A DNA stretch of 64,000 bases, from contig NC_058368.1 in NCBI RefSeq assembly GCF_018350175.1, forward strand, positions 166,286,001 to 166,350,000. Direction: 5' to 3'. Positions 51,251 through 64,000 of the stretch are shown here, one piece after another. Below the pieces are notes generated by a model. The model worked only from the letters and a program-made list of their open reading frames with translations. It searched no databases and was not told the DNA's origin. The position numbers and the translations under genes are program-made. Source of the DNA: Felis catus (Eukaryota). Each line of letters begins with the position of its first letter. Positions within the stretch are counted from its first letter, which is position 1.

Positions 51251-53119
51251 AATTAAGGAAGACCAAAATAAAGACTGAAAATATGCCTAATTATACATAT
51301 ACATTGTATGGAAAAAAATAACGTAACACAAAGCTAATCCTCAATGCAGTGAGATTATAGTGTTTAGATTCTTAAGTATGATGGAAAACTTGTATCCTCA
51401 TTTTAACCCGATTGGATAAGGGCACCTGGTGATGTATCTCGTATAAGCTACACAAAACCTATTGTAAAGTAAAGAAAGGCTTTGAGAAATTGACCTACTG
51501 GAGACTACACGTTTTTACTGAAATCAAAAAATTATTAAGTAAAATATAGATTAATTTAGCTTCTATAGGAATCTAAGAGATGTAAGAGAATGAAGTGCAA
51601 TAATCTGTAGTCTCTGGCAATTGACACTCTCTTCCTGTCATTTTTCAAAACTTTGTAATTTGTTTTGTATTCTGTACATACTCTTCTATAAATATCAGCA
51701 CAGCTGATCACTCAGACACTGACATATTAAAAAAATTGTCTTCAATGAAATATTTTCAGATTAGTCTGGCATATAGTAGGTACTTAATAAGAATCTTTAA
51801 TATAGATGCCTCCACTCAAGGTTCCATTTGCCAGAAGTCTCACATGAAGCCCTGGCAAATTAGATTTATCAAAAGAAAGAAAAAAGAAGTATTTCTTCCA
51901 TCCATGTCAGAAATTTCCTGTCAAGAAAGTCTTTTTCTTGAGGTTCCCACAAATTAATACTTTTTATTGTCAGTAGAACTTTGGAATAGTTATCATTTGT
52001 TGTCACCAGTGATTTACTGATATAAGAAATAATAGCTATGAATAGCTAAGTGAAAGCTTTGTTGTGCTGGTTTTCAGAGTCAACATTTTCTTCAGCAAAG
52101 GTTATGATTGTAAGCCAGTATCCCACTTTGTTTTTCCCTCTAGCTGTTAGCAAGACGTTTAACTTGTCTTTGAGGTCTGTCAAATCAAAAACACACTGTT
52201 TGCTTTTGTTATTATTTTTTTTTAATTTAAAGGTCAGCTTGGCTGTTCAAGCCATTCTTATTGTATATTTCCTACTGAAAAAAAATAAGCTGGGATAATG
52301 TCCAATGACATTTTTAAACTTTGCAAAATACACAGGTATTTCACACAAAATACACAAGTTCTAAATACTAACAATGAAGTCGTGAAATCAAGAAACATAT
52401 GTCAAAGAAACTCTGGTATTATTACATCTTTTATATTTGACTACATTCCAGTCCCTTTCAAAGTTCTCCAAAGAGGACTGAATTGAGCCTAATTTCTAAA
52501 CTAGCACAATTAGCATATTTGTTAATTAAATCCTGTTTTTATTTTAAATAATTAGGCTTGTATATCAGCCTTAAATAAGTACTAATTATGTAAATACATT
52601 GAAAAGATTTCTATGTCCATTTTAAAACACTTGTAAAAGTCAAGCAAACCTTGCAAATTTAAGCTCATTATTATTATGTAAAGGCCTCTAAAAACTTCAT
52701 AAAAGGCACCATGATTATTTTACTGCAGGGAATTTTGTATTTAAAAATAAGAACGTACAAGACTGCCTCAATTAACTAATGTCCCTTCTGTAGCCATCAG
52801 TAGAGCTAAAGGATAAATAAGCTGTCAAGTTCAGAATTTTCGTAGAAATGTGGAGTTTTTTGTCCAATTCCAGATCACAACTTTAAAGTACAAGAGTGCA
52901 CATTTTGGCACATATGTACATGACTAATTTAAAAAGTTCTGGGTGAAAGAAATGCCATCAGGCAAAATCGGCCTGTTTGCCATAGCAACTGATGCCTAAG
53001 TACCTGTCTAATTTTACCTTTACTACATTCCTAGCTTGGAACTCTATAATTCCATTTTCTACTAAGATCTACTGATCTTTTGACACATTTTGAAAAGTTG
53101 TGTGCTTTTCCTGGACTTT

Positions 53120-54130
53120 TTTAAAAAATTTTTACCTTTGCATTTTGACACAATTTCAGACTTACAGAAAAGCTTAAGAATACCAATATATAAAAAATTC
53201 TACATACGTTTTACCACTCAGATACCCCAGATTTTAATACATATGTATTATATGTACATATATATAACATACATATACATATATATATATTAAACATGTA
53301 TATATGTGTACATATACATATGAATGTGTATAATGGTAGTTGATATTTTATGATTTATATTCTCTATGTATGATATAGGATGAATATTTTTCCCACAACC
53401 ATTGGACAGAAATATTCAGACATGATATCCACTAATCCAAAATACTTAAATTTGCTTTTCTAAAGGTCAAGGACATTATCTTACATAACTACATTAAAAT
53501 TTTTAAAAAGTCAGGTAATTAATTTGATTCAATTATCTAACTAGCTGATAATATTCAGATTTAATCCATTTCCCAGTAATGCCCTTTATAAAAAATAAAA
53601 TCCCCAGTGGTATCTTGCATCCAGTTGATTCTTTAGACTCTTTGATTCTAAAATAGATTTGCAGTCCTTGAATCTCAGTATATTGATATTTTTGAAGAAT
53701 ACAGGATAATTGATTTGTAAAAAGTCCCTCACTTTGGGATCACTGTTGTTTTCTCATGATTAGATTTATATGATAACAGTTTGGACCAGGATATTATAGG
53801 AATGATGTTGTGGTTTTGTCAGCAGTAATATCAAGTGGAGTGTGAGGCCGATTTTTCCCATTATTGGTAATATTAATTTGGATATCTTGGTTAGGGTGCT
53901 TTTCTGCGACATTGCTTCACTATATTTTTCTCTTTGTAATTAATAAATATATGTATAGAAATACTTTAAGGCCATATATATAACTCTCAAATCTCAAATG
54001 TTCACTTATTCACTTTACCATTTATTAATAATCCCTGCTTGAATCTATTATGATGATTGTTGCCATCATATCTGATAATTATTTCCACATTTATTACTTG
54101 GCCTTATATTAGAAAGAGGAGCTTCCTCAT
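53120..54130 (-). mobile_element. Old L1 3' region (L1MC4-like)
   Basis: 'aatttcagacttacagaaaagc', 'aaggacattatcttacataactaca', 'tttctcatgattagattt'. Confidence 0.6.
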
Positions 54131-56223
54131 TTTCTCTATTTGTTTATTTGCTTATTAGTTTATTTTTATTCATTAATTAATTTTTGATATATTAATTTAT
54201 ATTGTGTTTGGGATTAGTTTTTTCATTAACCTTTAGGATAGTTATGGTATTTATTTGAAATATGAATTAATTTGTTTTTGTTGGAATGGCATTTCAATTT
54301 TCTCCTATATACCTTAAAAAAATGAAACATTACCAGAAGGCATACTCAGACAAGTGTCACTTCCCCTATTTCTACTTTCTTTCAGCTTTATTGAAGCACA
54401 TAATAAGTCTACAAAACACTGCATATAATTCATGTACACGATTTGGTGAATTTGAACATATGTGTACTCTCATGTTACCATTACCATTCTTTTGTTTATT
54501 TTTTTTTAATTTGCCAGTCTGATAGATAAAAATATTATCTCAATGTAGTTTAAATTTGCAATTCCTGATGGAGGTTCAACATCTTTTCAAAAATAATGTA
54601 CAGCATAAAAATGAACGATCTACAGTTGCACTCAAAAACATAATGTTGAATCTCAAAAATATATTTTTGAATGTAAGAAATCATAAAGGCATACAATGGC
54701 ATATTCTACATTATCTCATTTATGAAAATTAAAAAATATGTAAAAACTAATCAACATTATTACAAGCCAGGATATCAGTTACCCTTGTCAGACTGCAGTG
54801 ACTGCAATGAGTAAGGATGGGGTGTTTGTTTCATAAAAATGTTTAGACTGTGAAAGTTCCTTGTACTGTGCTATTCTGGTATGCACCTTTTTTGTATGTA
54901 TGTTACATTTCAATTGTTAAAAAACACAGTGGGTTTAGACTGACAGGACTACTAGATATAAAGTTAAATATGTTACCAAATATGAAAGAAAAGACAGCTC
55001 TTTTCTTATTATTAGAACAGAGGCTGATTTATGACAGTTGACTATGATTCTAACTTGTTTTTGCTTCACAGTATCACAGAAAAGTATTGCTTTACTCATA
55101 GATTTAACCATAAGGTATAGAGTTGTTGAATCACTATGTTGTATTTTTGAAACTAATGTGATATTGTGTCAACTATACCAAAGTAAATAAACAAATACTT
55201 CAATTCCATAAAAAGCTTTCTAACAACTCTTTGAATAAAGCAATATTGTTTTGAGTATGTTTAAATCTTAATATTTCCTGAGATCAGAATATTAGTGTCA
55301 CCCAGTGCTATTGTCATTAGCCAAGGGGAATGCCACTGACCATCTGAAACTGGATCACTTAGGTGAGCACATTAGCTCAGAGGAGTTACAAACATTAGAT
55401 AGACAGTTTTTTGTTGTTTGCATTGTTTGATGCTATTGTTTCATTTCAAATTCCTGTACCAGATAAGAGTAAAAGTTGGAAATAGGTTCCCCTCCTCCTA
55501 TAATTCACAGAAACATTTCTTTGTGTGTATCTGTGTGTACATGTGTGTGTTTGGTATTCTCAGTCTTCTATGAAAATAGACATAGCTTCAAATTGATGGG
55601 GGAAATCAGTGTACATGCTAGAGTGTGTTTCATCATACTCAAAACATTATGTCCCAAATGCTATCATCTGTGTGCCACTTTTAGGACTTCTGCCATATCT
55701 AAGTATAAGCTCATTAAAACTATTAAAACATTAAAACTATTGTTGACCTAATATTTCTATATAAATAAATTCATTTCAAATATGTCTAAAAGAATAATTT
55801 GTGTCATTTAAATGGAAAATATTCTTTGCCATAATAGGAGATGATATAAAATATGTATGATAAAAAGCACAGCATCTAAAGCCTCTAAACAAGAGACTAT
55901 GTCTCCTTCCGATAAAAATAAGTTACTGGAGAGTTATAAAACATAGAGCTTTAAATTGCAACTTTTTCTCTGGAAAGTCTTGAAAGGTAATTAAAAGTAA
56001 AACAAAATGATTACAATTTAATTCACTTTTATTGAATAGTGACTCTAAGCAAAGCCTAAAATCGTCTCTTCTTCCTTCACTGTTTTGGGTCTCACATTTT
56101 TGGGAGCTCTGTTTTAGCCTGACTCCCAGGATCCATGTGCCTGGAACTTTTGCTTAACAACATGACTTCCAAGCTGCTATTTTACGGTGACCTTTAATTT
56201 GTACTTGCCTCTGGATACCTGTT

Positions 56224-56256
56224 TTTTGTTTGTTTGTTTGTTTGTTTGTTTGTTTG
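56224..56256. repeat. (GTTT)n microsatellite
   Basis: Read directly. Confidence 0.95.
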
Positions 56257-58789
56257 CGTATTGTGGATCACTGCTTATTCTTTATGCTCAGCTTCACTGA
56301 GTCCCTGGCTCTTCTATTGTAGCTTCTCTTTTGTGCTTCTGTATCCAGTGGCTGCTGCCCACAGTCCTTAAACTGAAGTTTGGGCCTGATAGCTGACTTT
56401 GTGGAACTGATTCACAAAAGGCACAAGGGAATCAAAGCTAGTCTTCTCAAATGGATGCATAACAATCATTATGGTGAGAAATGGTTTTGAAAGATCATTA
56501 GCCTTGAATATTTACAGGATTTATTTTTGCTTTAGTCTTCCTAGTTCATTGGCCTCAGGAGCAAGGGGGATTTTATACAAAGTGAAGATTAAAAATTGGT
56601 CATGTATAATTCTCAGAATCAAACTAAAGTAACAGTAGTTAGCTATCATTTCATGATTTGCTTTGGCTTTCTCTATGGAGGAGATCAGAATATGCTCCTT
56701 TGGTGTGTGGCCTTGAGTCCAGCAGAGCAGGGTCAACAGCAATAAGCAGAGAACACTCTGTTGGCAACATGCCTGTCAGTGTGACCGAGAGGAATTTAGT
56801 CAAAGCAAATGATTGCTTAAGGGGAAAGGAAGAAAACAACATTCTCATTCCCAATCTCACCCTGCTAAGAGAGTGAAGTAAAAGAAAATGCTGGAAGATG
56901 AAGTAACATAGACAGTATCACAGTCTGAATAGAGCCTACATTTTCTAAACTTGGTCAATTAAAGAATATGCTCAAAAGGGGTATCAACATGCACAAGTCC
57001 TTTTATGGATAAATGATAAATTTTAGAAATGGCAAAGGTATGGAACATACCATTTCCCATATAAAATTTCCCTCCTCTGTGATTTATTAAACTCTGTCCT
57101 CCACCTGTAATTGGAGACCTTTTCAAAATATGTCTAAAAACGACTAAAATGCAAAGCAGGATGGAGTCCATTGGAAAAAAAAATGGTATTATTCTGTATG
57201 TAACACATACAATATGACTATTTAGAAAAAAAGAGCTCTCAAATGTAGAGCATGTAATTAATATAGTGTATCCCCAAGGCACCAGTTGCATACAACTTGT
57301 AAGACCCAAGATGAAATAGGGATTTCTTATAGGGATTTCAGGAATATAAATTCCTGGCCATTCAGAAACTGGAGTTATTAGTGGACTCCGCTGTGTATCA
57401 GCCGTAGGCAATGCTGTACTTTTCAAAGGAAAACCATTTATGTTTCTAGAATATTAAAATTATATTTTCCCTTTTTCCATTATTTATTTTATATATTCAA
57501 TAATGTTATAAAAGAAATTATTAAAGATAATAGAAAAAAGAAAATGAGTCAAGCAAAACAACAAAATTTAAAAATCCCCACAGTGTCTCATTACACAGAA
57601 GCTTTATAAATCTTTCCATTTCTCTATGTGCCCATCCCACATTCTCATGACTTTTTCACAAAGTTAAAACATTTGAGCAGATACTATTTGACATATTACT
57701 TCTTTGGACCCTAAAATTTCCCCATTCCCAAGAGATAGCATGTTCTATGATATAGGGCAGTTTTATTCTAGAGCTGCCTTTTGTCTCCAAAAATCCAAAA
57801 CCATTGAGAAGAATGAGGATGAAAAGGAGCTGCTTCAGTAGCTAAACATTTCTGGAGATGAGAGAGGTAGGCATGAGTCATATAAGCCAAGGGGGCCTGT
57901 GCTAACTCTCTGGAGGACTCAAGATATTCTCTGGAGGCAAGGATACTTGATGCACAGAGGCCAGACCCTACACCCTGGGCCTACAGCCCAAGATTCTGAT
58001 TTCCACATGAGACAAAACGCACTAGAAAGGGCCACAGAAGCCAGAATGTAGCTAGCTCACAGATAAACATTGCCGTGGGCAGAGGTTACCTCCCTAAAAC
58101 CCTGGTACAGCTTCTGGAAGCAGAATACCATAGGTGGACATGGAGAGAATTTGTCATAAGTTCCCATGAAATAAGAGTTTGGCATCAAAACTAAGCTGAT
58201 TTATGGAAAATAAAGAACTGTCAATATTCCTTGTATACCTATTTGTGTAGTGGAATTTTTACTCTATGTAGTGTATTTCTCTACTTAGTTAGCCAGTGTT
58301 TTTTAAACACCAATTATATGCAAAATGCTATCCTAAGCATAAGGCAAAAAGAAAATTATGGATAGTACTACTACTGTGAAAATATTTTCAGTTCAATAAA
58401 TAAAAATACAGATAATTTTAAAGGCCAAATTATAATATATTTCATATTTATACAATATTTTATTTAATCAACTCCATGGTGGCTTACCATCTAGGCAGCT
58501 TCAAACTTTCCCCTAGAATAAAAACAAATATAGAAGACAAAACATAATTCCTCAATTTAATGAGCTAATTATACATGTCTCCTGTTAGCATAAAGGATGC
58601 ACATTTATTTCACACAGGGGAGCCTATACTTCTTATTTTCTTAGGAAATCTCATTATCAGTACTTCCTTCTTCCTCCATTTCTACTGAATTATCTCCTAT
58701 CTTTACTATCTTAAAACAAAACAAATGGAAAAAAAATTAACAACCAAAAACTTCTTCCTTAACTCCACATCCGTTTGAACTACAAAGCT

Positions 58790-60275
58790 AACTTCTTTCT
58801 ATTTTAGGAGTGTTTCAGTCATCAGTGTCTCCATTTTCACACATCTACTCATTCCACTCATTTCACTCATCCACTCACTCCACCATGGCTTTCCCTCCTT
58901 TCCACTCTCAAAACAGTGTCATTGCTCTAGCTCACTAAATTCAGTCAATCCTTGCCTTCACCCTTTTTGTTCCAAAAACTTATTTATAAATATTGATTGC
59001 TTTTTGGTCTTTGAGACTCCCTCCACTGGCCATTAGCTTCTCTATCACCATTGTCTTCTGGTTTTCATTCTAGTGATGTAACTATCCCTTTCAGTTTCTG
59101 CTGCAGAACTTCCACTACTGTTTATGTTGGAGTCTTCAAAGAACTCAAAGAAACCAGACCTCCTTTCTTTCTTTTTTTTTCTCACCCTACATATTTTCAG
59201 GCAAATCTTACTCATGATTATAATTTCAGTAATTATCAAATACACATAAACATATATTTGTATCTCCATCTCAGATCTCTTCTTGGAACTCTAGTCCTGA
59301 ATACTCAAGTGAATTACTGACATGGCTACTTAGAATTCTTAGAACCAACTGCTTTACAACTGCTACAAAATTGAACGCTTGGTATTTCCTCTTCCACAGT
59401 CTACCAAAACTCTGTCCTCAGCCATGGTTCTCTAATTTTTCTGACTGGGTCTATTGTCCTTTCAGTCATTTCAGCAAGCCTTGGAATCATTCCTAAAAAA
59501 TTTCTCTCCTTCCTACCCTATATCCAACCCATAACAAATCCTAAGGATTTTGTTTCTTATATAATTCTTGAGTTCATTTATTTCTCTTCATCTACCCTGT
59601 AGTACTTTGATATAAGGCAATCACCTCTACTTCAAAGGAAAGTATTTGCCCACTAACTGTTTTTCTACAATTTCTTCTTGACTCTCTCTAATCTGTTCTT
59701 TATAATGCAGCTGGAGAGACATTTTCAATAGAAAAATTGGATTCTGTTACTCACTACTAAGTCTGCTTTCTGCATTTCTATTGTTTTTGGAAAAAAAAAT
59801 AATATTTATAGGATGGCTTTCCAGGGTTTCATCCTATTCTATTTCCTATTCCAGCTTCAACTTCACCCCACCCCCTTTAATAACTCTCCATATAGATCAT
59901 ATTTCAATTTCTCAAGTAGAACAGGGTTTTGCCAATCCTGGGCCTTGCACTACTCTTTCTTCCCCCAAACTGTCTTTGCCTAGTTTACTCATATTTTGTT
60001 CTTTAAATCTTAGTTTAAATGTTACTTTCTCAGGAGAAACTGAAGGGAAGTAGTGTTTGATAACATCATATTGTTTAAATTCACAGAATCTTCCTGTTTA
60101 TAGTTATGCATCTATTTGTGACCATTGGGTGTTTCTCAACTCCCCTATTAAACTGTCCTAAAAGTATGAGCTATACCTGAGTTTTCGCAAATATGTATGT
60201 CCAGTGACTGAAACATTGCTTTCTTGACACATAGCAGATGTTCAATATTTGTTGAGTGAATAAATTAATAAATGA
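58790..60275 (+). mobile_element. Ancient LINE-2 relic
   Basis: Pyrimidine-rich decayed body, 'tatctccatctcagatctctcttggaactctag', ending in the L2 terminus 'acacatagcagatgttcaatatttgttgagtgaataaattaataaatg'. Confidence 0.65.
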
Positions 60276-60349
60276 TTATATCCTTCATGAATTGTCCAAT
60301 TATTTTTTCAGAAAACTTCTAAAAGTGGAATTAACATGTTATGAACCAA

Positions 60350-60581
60350 TTTTTTAAGTTTATTTATTTATTTTGAGAGAGGGAGAGAGAGAAAGAGAGA
60401 GAGAGAGCGACTGGGGGGTGGGGGTGGGGGTGTGGGTGGGGGCGGGAGAGAGAATCCCAAGTAGGCTCTGTACTTCCAGTGAACATCCTGATATGGGACT
60501 TGAACTCCCCAACCTTCAGATCATGACCTGAGCCAAAATCAAGAGTCGGATGCCTAACTGACTGAAACACCCAGGCACCCC
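60350..60581 (-). mobile_element. Can-SINE with G-run expansion
   Basis: SINE head and body; G-runs at 60413-60446. Confidence 0.88.
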
Positions 60582-60715
60582 TAGACCATTAACATTTTTA
60601 AGAGTTCTTACAAATTGCTGAATTGTCTTCATGTAAATATTTACTAACCCTTCAATGAAGTCTGTGCATTCCTTTTGTATATACCAGTGATTATTCTAAA
60701 ATTTGTCACTATTTA

Positions 60716-60752
60716 AAAACAAACAAACAAACAAACAAACAAACAAACAAAC
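60716..60752. repeat. (AAAC)n microsatellite
   Basis: Read directly. Confidence 0.95.
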
Positions 60753-60763
60753 TGTAAATCTGT

Positions 60764-60929
60764 GGGGCACCTGGGTGGCTCAGTTGGTTAAGCGACCGAC
60801 TTTGTCTCAGGTCATGATATCACAGTTTGTGGGTTTGAGCCCCGTGTTTGGCTCTATGCTGACGGCTTGAAGCCTGGAGCCTGCTTCGGATTCTGTGTCT
60901 TCCTCTCTCTCTGCTCCTCCCCAACTTGT

Positions 60930-60974
<45 letters not shown>

Positions 60975-61014
60975 AATAAACATTTAAAATATTAAAAAAA
61001 CTTAAACAAATTAA
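60764..61014 (+). mobile_element. Can-SINE
   Basis: TSD aaactg(t/a)aaatctgt at 60749-60763 and 61015-61029. Confidence 0.94.
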
Positions 61015-61949
61015 AAACTGAAAATCTGTTAGATGAAAAAGATAGATTTTCATATATCTGATTACCCATAATATTAAATAGGATTATTTCTTTCACAAGT
61101 GCTTTTGTCTCTTATTAATTATCTGTGTATGTATTTTTCTCATTGTATTATTTATGTCTTTCTCTTTTTAAAATTGTTTTGTAACTAATGATGGCAAGGA
61201 GAGATGTATGAGATGATGTCGTGAGGATAAATTTAAAGGAGTTTCTGTTCATTTTCTTAGAAATTCTTGGTTGTAAATGACATGTTAAATCTAAAATTTA
61301 AGATACTGTATCTGTGTTATTCCCTTGTATTCATTCATAGGTCCTATATAAATGAAAATAATTATTAATCATTTCTCATGAACGAAGGAACATTGGAACC
61401 AAAAGAGAAAGAGTTGGCAAAGTATAAAATTATAGTGCTAAATAAAGTACATTTCCAGATGTGAGTCAACTTGTTTTTTCCACTACCTGTTGGTCCTATA
61501 GCACGGAAAAACAAAAAAGCAAACAATAAGGGAAAAAGGATTCTAAAGCCTCACTCAGTAGCCTATTTCAGTTTATAACTGTTCTTGTAAACTTGTCAAG
61601 TTCTGGCTTTAAATCCTATCTTACCTTACAAATGAAAATTTGTTTAAAGTTGTTTTGAGTAGGTTGTTTTACTTTTCATGAGTCCATGAGGCAAAAACAG
61701 TTCTTATTGTGATATGCATTGTTCTTATGAGGTGTCAACTGGTGAATATCAAATAATACAAAGGCATGCACTGTTGTTTCACATGAGTCAGACCCTGAAT
61801 TAGAAGAGAAAAGAGCTCTGGTCTGAAAGTTAGGATATGGCAGACATAAGTCTGCCACTAACTGGTTTCAGCTTCCATGTTGGCTATGCTGAGTCTCAAG
61901 GTTTTTAGCTCCAACACAATAACATGAGAGTACTCTTACGATTGCTAAA

Positions 61950-62080
61950 TCAATAGAATCACCTAGGCATTTGTTGAAAATACAGATTCCTGGGGCACAC
62001 CACAGACATTTCAAGTCAGAATCTCCAGGGAACAAGTTCCCAAGTATCTCTTATGCTCAGGCAGATTTGGAAATAACTGC
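61950..62080. mobile_element. MER5-like hAT-Charlie relic
   Basis: 'agaatcacctaggcatttgttgaaaatacagattcctgggg...tcagaatctccaggg...tttggaaataactg'. Confidence 0.65.
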
Positions 62081-62366
62081 ATTTGTTGACCCCTGTGACT
62101 TTTCCTAACTCAAATTTTAAGATTTTAATTATTGGTCAACAGCAGACAAATATCTACTGAAATGGTGATAAGGGCATTTACTTTGAAAATTCCTCAATTA
62201 CTAGAATATTATAGCAGAGGAAAAAAATTAGAAGATAATCTAGGGTAGCCATACACCCTTCCTCATATCCTAATTTCTCATTTTTAGTCTCAGAAGCAAC
62301 CTATCACCAGATTAGTGGTCTTAAATTTCCTCTAAAATGACCTCTGTTTAGGAACCATGACTTCTA

Positions 62367-62582
62367 GGGACACCTAGTTGACTCAGTTGGTTAAGTGTCT
62401 GACTCTTGATTTTGGCTCAGGTCATGATGTCACAGTTTGTGAGTTTGAGCCCTGTGTTGGGCTTTGTGCTGATGGCCGAGACTACTTGGGATTCTGTCTC
62501 CCTCTCTCTTCCCCTCCCTTGCTTGCTCTCTATTGCTCTCAAAATAAATATAAATGAACTTTACAAAAAAAGAAAAAAAAAA
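62367..62582 (+). mobile_element. Can-SINE
   Basis: TSD gaaccatgacttcta at 62352-62366 and 62583-62597. Confidence 0.94.
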
Positions 62583-62864
62583 GAACCATGACTTCTATGA
62601 TATGGATTATCATAAAAAAGCCTCAGTTTTTCTTTTATAAATGTGGATGAATCTTCCTTCTTTTTTTTTCTTCTCCGAAAACAAGTCATGATCTATGAAC
62701 AGGTAGTTTTTTCCTACGTGATCTAAAGTAAAATATTATGTCTGTTTTCCTGTAAATGTACTTATTTATATATACTACTTTTATCCACGATTCAGCTGTT
62801 CTCTTGTTATTTAGTGTAGAAAATAACCTGTAAAACCTAAAAAAAAGAGAGAAAGAGTGAAAAA

Positions 62865-62870
<6 letters not shown>

Positions 62871-62904
<34 letters not shown>

Positions 62905-62923
62905 AAAAGAAAGAAGAAAGAAA
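62871..62923. repeat. (GAAA)n microsatellite
   Basis: Read directly. Confidence 0.93.
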
Positions 62924-63524
62924 GAGGTTGAACAAAGTTGAGGAATGGGCTATATTTGTTTTAGAAACTAAAAAGTTGGGTAAACTAAAAAAGGAAGTCA
63001 ATTTGATCATCTGGATCATGATAGTTAAGGGAAAACAGACAAGCCTGTTCCATAGACTCTGTAAGGAAAATTAAAGGTCGACTAAGGAATTGTTCCTGAT
63101 CTAAATGATAATCCTATTACTTGTAGTAATGGTCATAATAGAGCATGGCATCTCTATAACATTTTTATCGTTAACATAATTTTTATAAGCAGATGTGAAT
63201 ATGACATCTACCATGCCTTTTCTCTAGGTATTATTACATCTATTTTCAAATGAAGTAATTGAATTAAAGCTTACAGAGAATGATTCATGCATTAAGAGTC
63301 TGGGCTAATTTTCCTGGATTCAAATCTAAGGCTCTTTTTTGTCTACCATGAAGTCCCAAATACCATGTTTTCAGTCAAACTTTATTACCAAACCAAGACC
63401 CATATCTACACAGTCTTGGACCTGAACAAAGCTCCTGCAGTGAGCCTGATCTCTAATTTCCCAAGGCATGTGGAGGGGGCAAACTAGTGACCTCATCATC
63501 ATGGTGATATCTCATGCTCATTTA

Positions 63525-63650
63525 ATGCCAGACCTGGTGTTAAGTACTTTACACATATTGTCACATTTACTTTTCACATTCACACTCAAATATAAATGAT
63601 GTCATTGCCCATATTTTACAACTGAGTAAACTGTCTCAAGCAGGTCATCT
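63525..63650 (-). mobile_element. MIR relic
   Basis: 'tgccagacctggtgttaagtactttacacatatt...cccatattttacaactgagtaaactg'. Confidence 0.55.
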
Positions 63651-64000
63651 AAGGGTAAAGAGTGACTCCATCTACTGCCTCCCCTCTTGTGGATGGGGTA
63701 TTACGTTGCCCACAAGTTGAACTCTGAATCCTTTCTCCATGAAAACATTGCTTCTGTATATGTTTTCTACTATTATTCTTTTAATTACCAAGGCATGCTA
63801 TTAGTCAAATAAGGTATTGTTAGAGACTCTGGGGACCTGTGCATCATTTCTAAAATTGTTTCAGAGGAAGGAAAGTCTTCTGTGATCCTATGTATATATT
63901 GAAGAGAGGATTGTATACAATTAACCCCAATTGTTATGCTTATTACATATCCCAACAAAAGACTTTGATTGGAAAGTAATGGAGACCTAACTAGCCCTTG

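Noticed and set aside
56959..57426. 155-aa minus-strand ORF
   Set aside because: Non-ATG start, no recognisable motif and no supporting splice structure; compatible with chance in 64 kb.
1..64000. CRISPR array, operon or other prokaryote-like system; functional tRNA genes
   Set aside because: No regularly spaced repeat-spacer array or gene-dense segment; all tRNA-like sequences are SINE heads.

Overview
AT-rich, repeat-dense mammalian genomic DNA. The tRNA-derived Can-SINEs with (CT)n body and A tail, together with the L1 style, point to a felid (cat-like) genome; this is an inference. I found no host protein-coding exon or RNA gene that I can support. Nearly all ORFs in the track are L1 ORFs, antisense shadows of L1, SINE read-throughs or chance ORFs. 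Main contents: (1) a full-length, TSD-flanked young L1 (14796-20718, +) with intact ORF1 and an ORF2 broken by four lesions; (2) a 5'-intact but 3'-truncated, tail-less L1 (30783-33355, -) with a different 5'UTR, sitting inside a SINE that it splits into two collinear halves; (3) a 5'-truncated L1 with a twin-priming inversion (39520-41703); (4) about 28 Can-SINEs, most with readable TSDs and several nested; (5) old LTRs, L1M/L2/MIR relics, DNA-transposon relics and microsatellites; (6) several repair or template-switch scars. I see no convincing new biological system. The best leads are the atypical L1 insertion, an ATG-initiated antisense ORF in the young L1 5'UTR (ORF0-like position) and the templated-insertion scars. 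Repeat family names come from my recall of consensus sequences, not from a database search.
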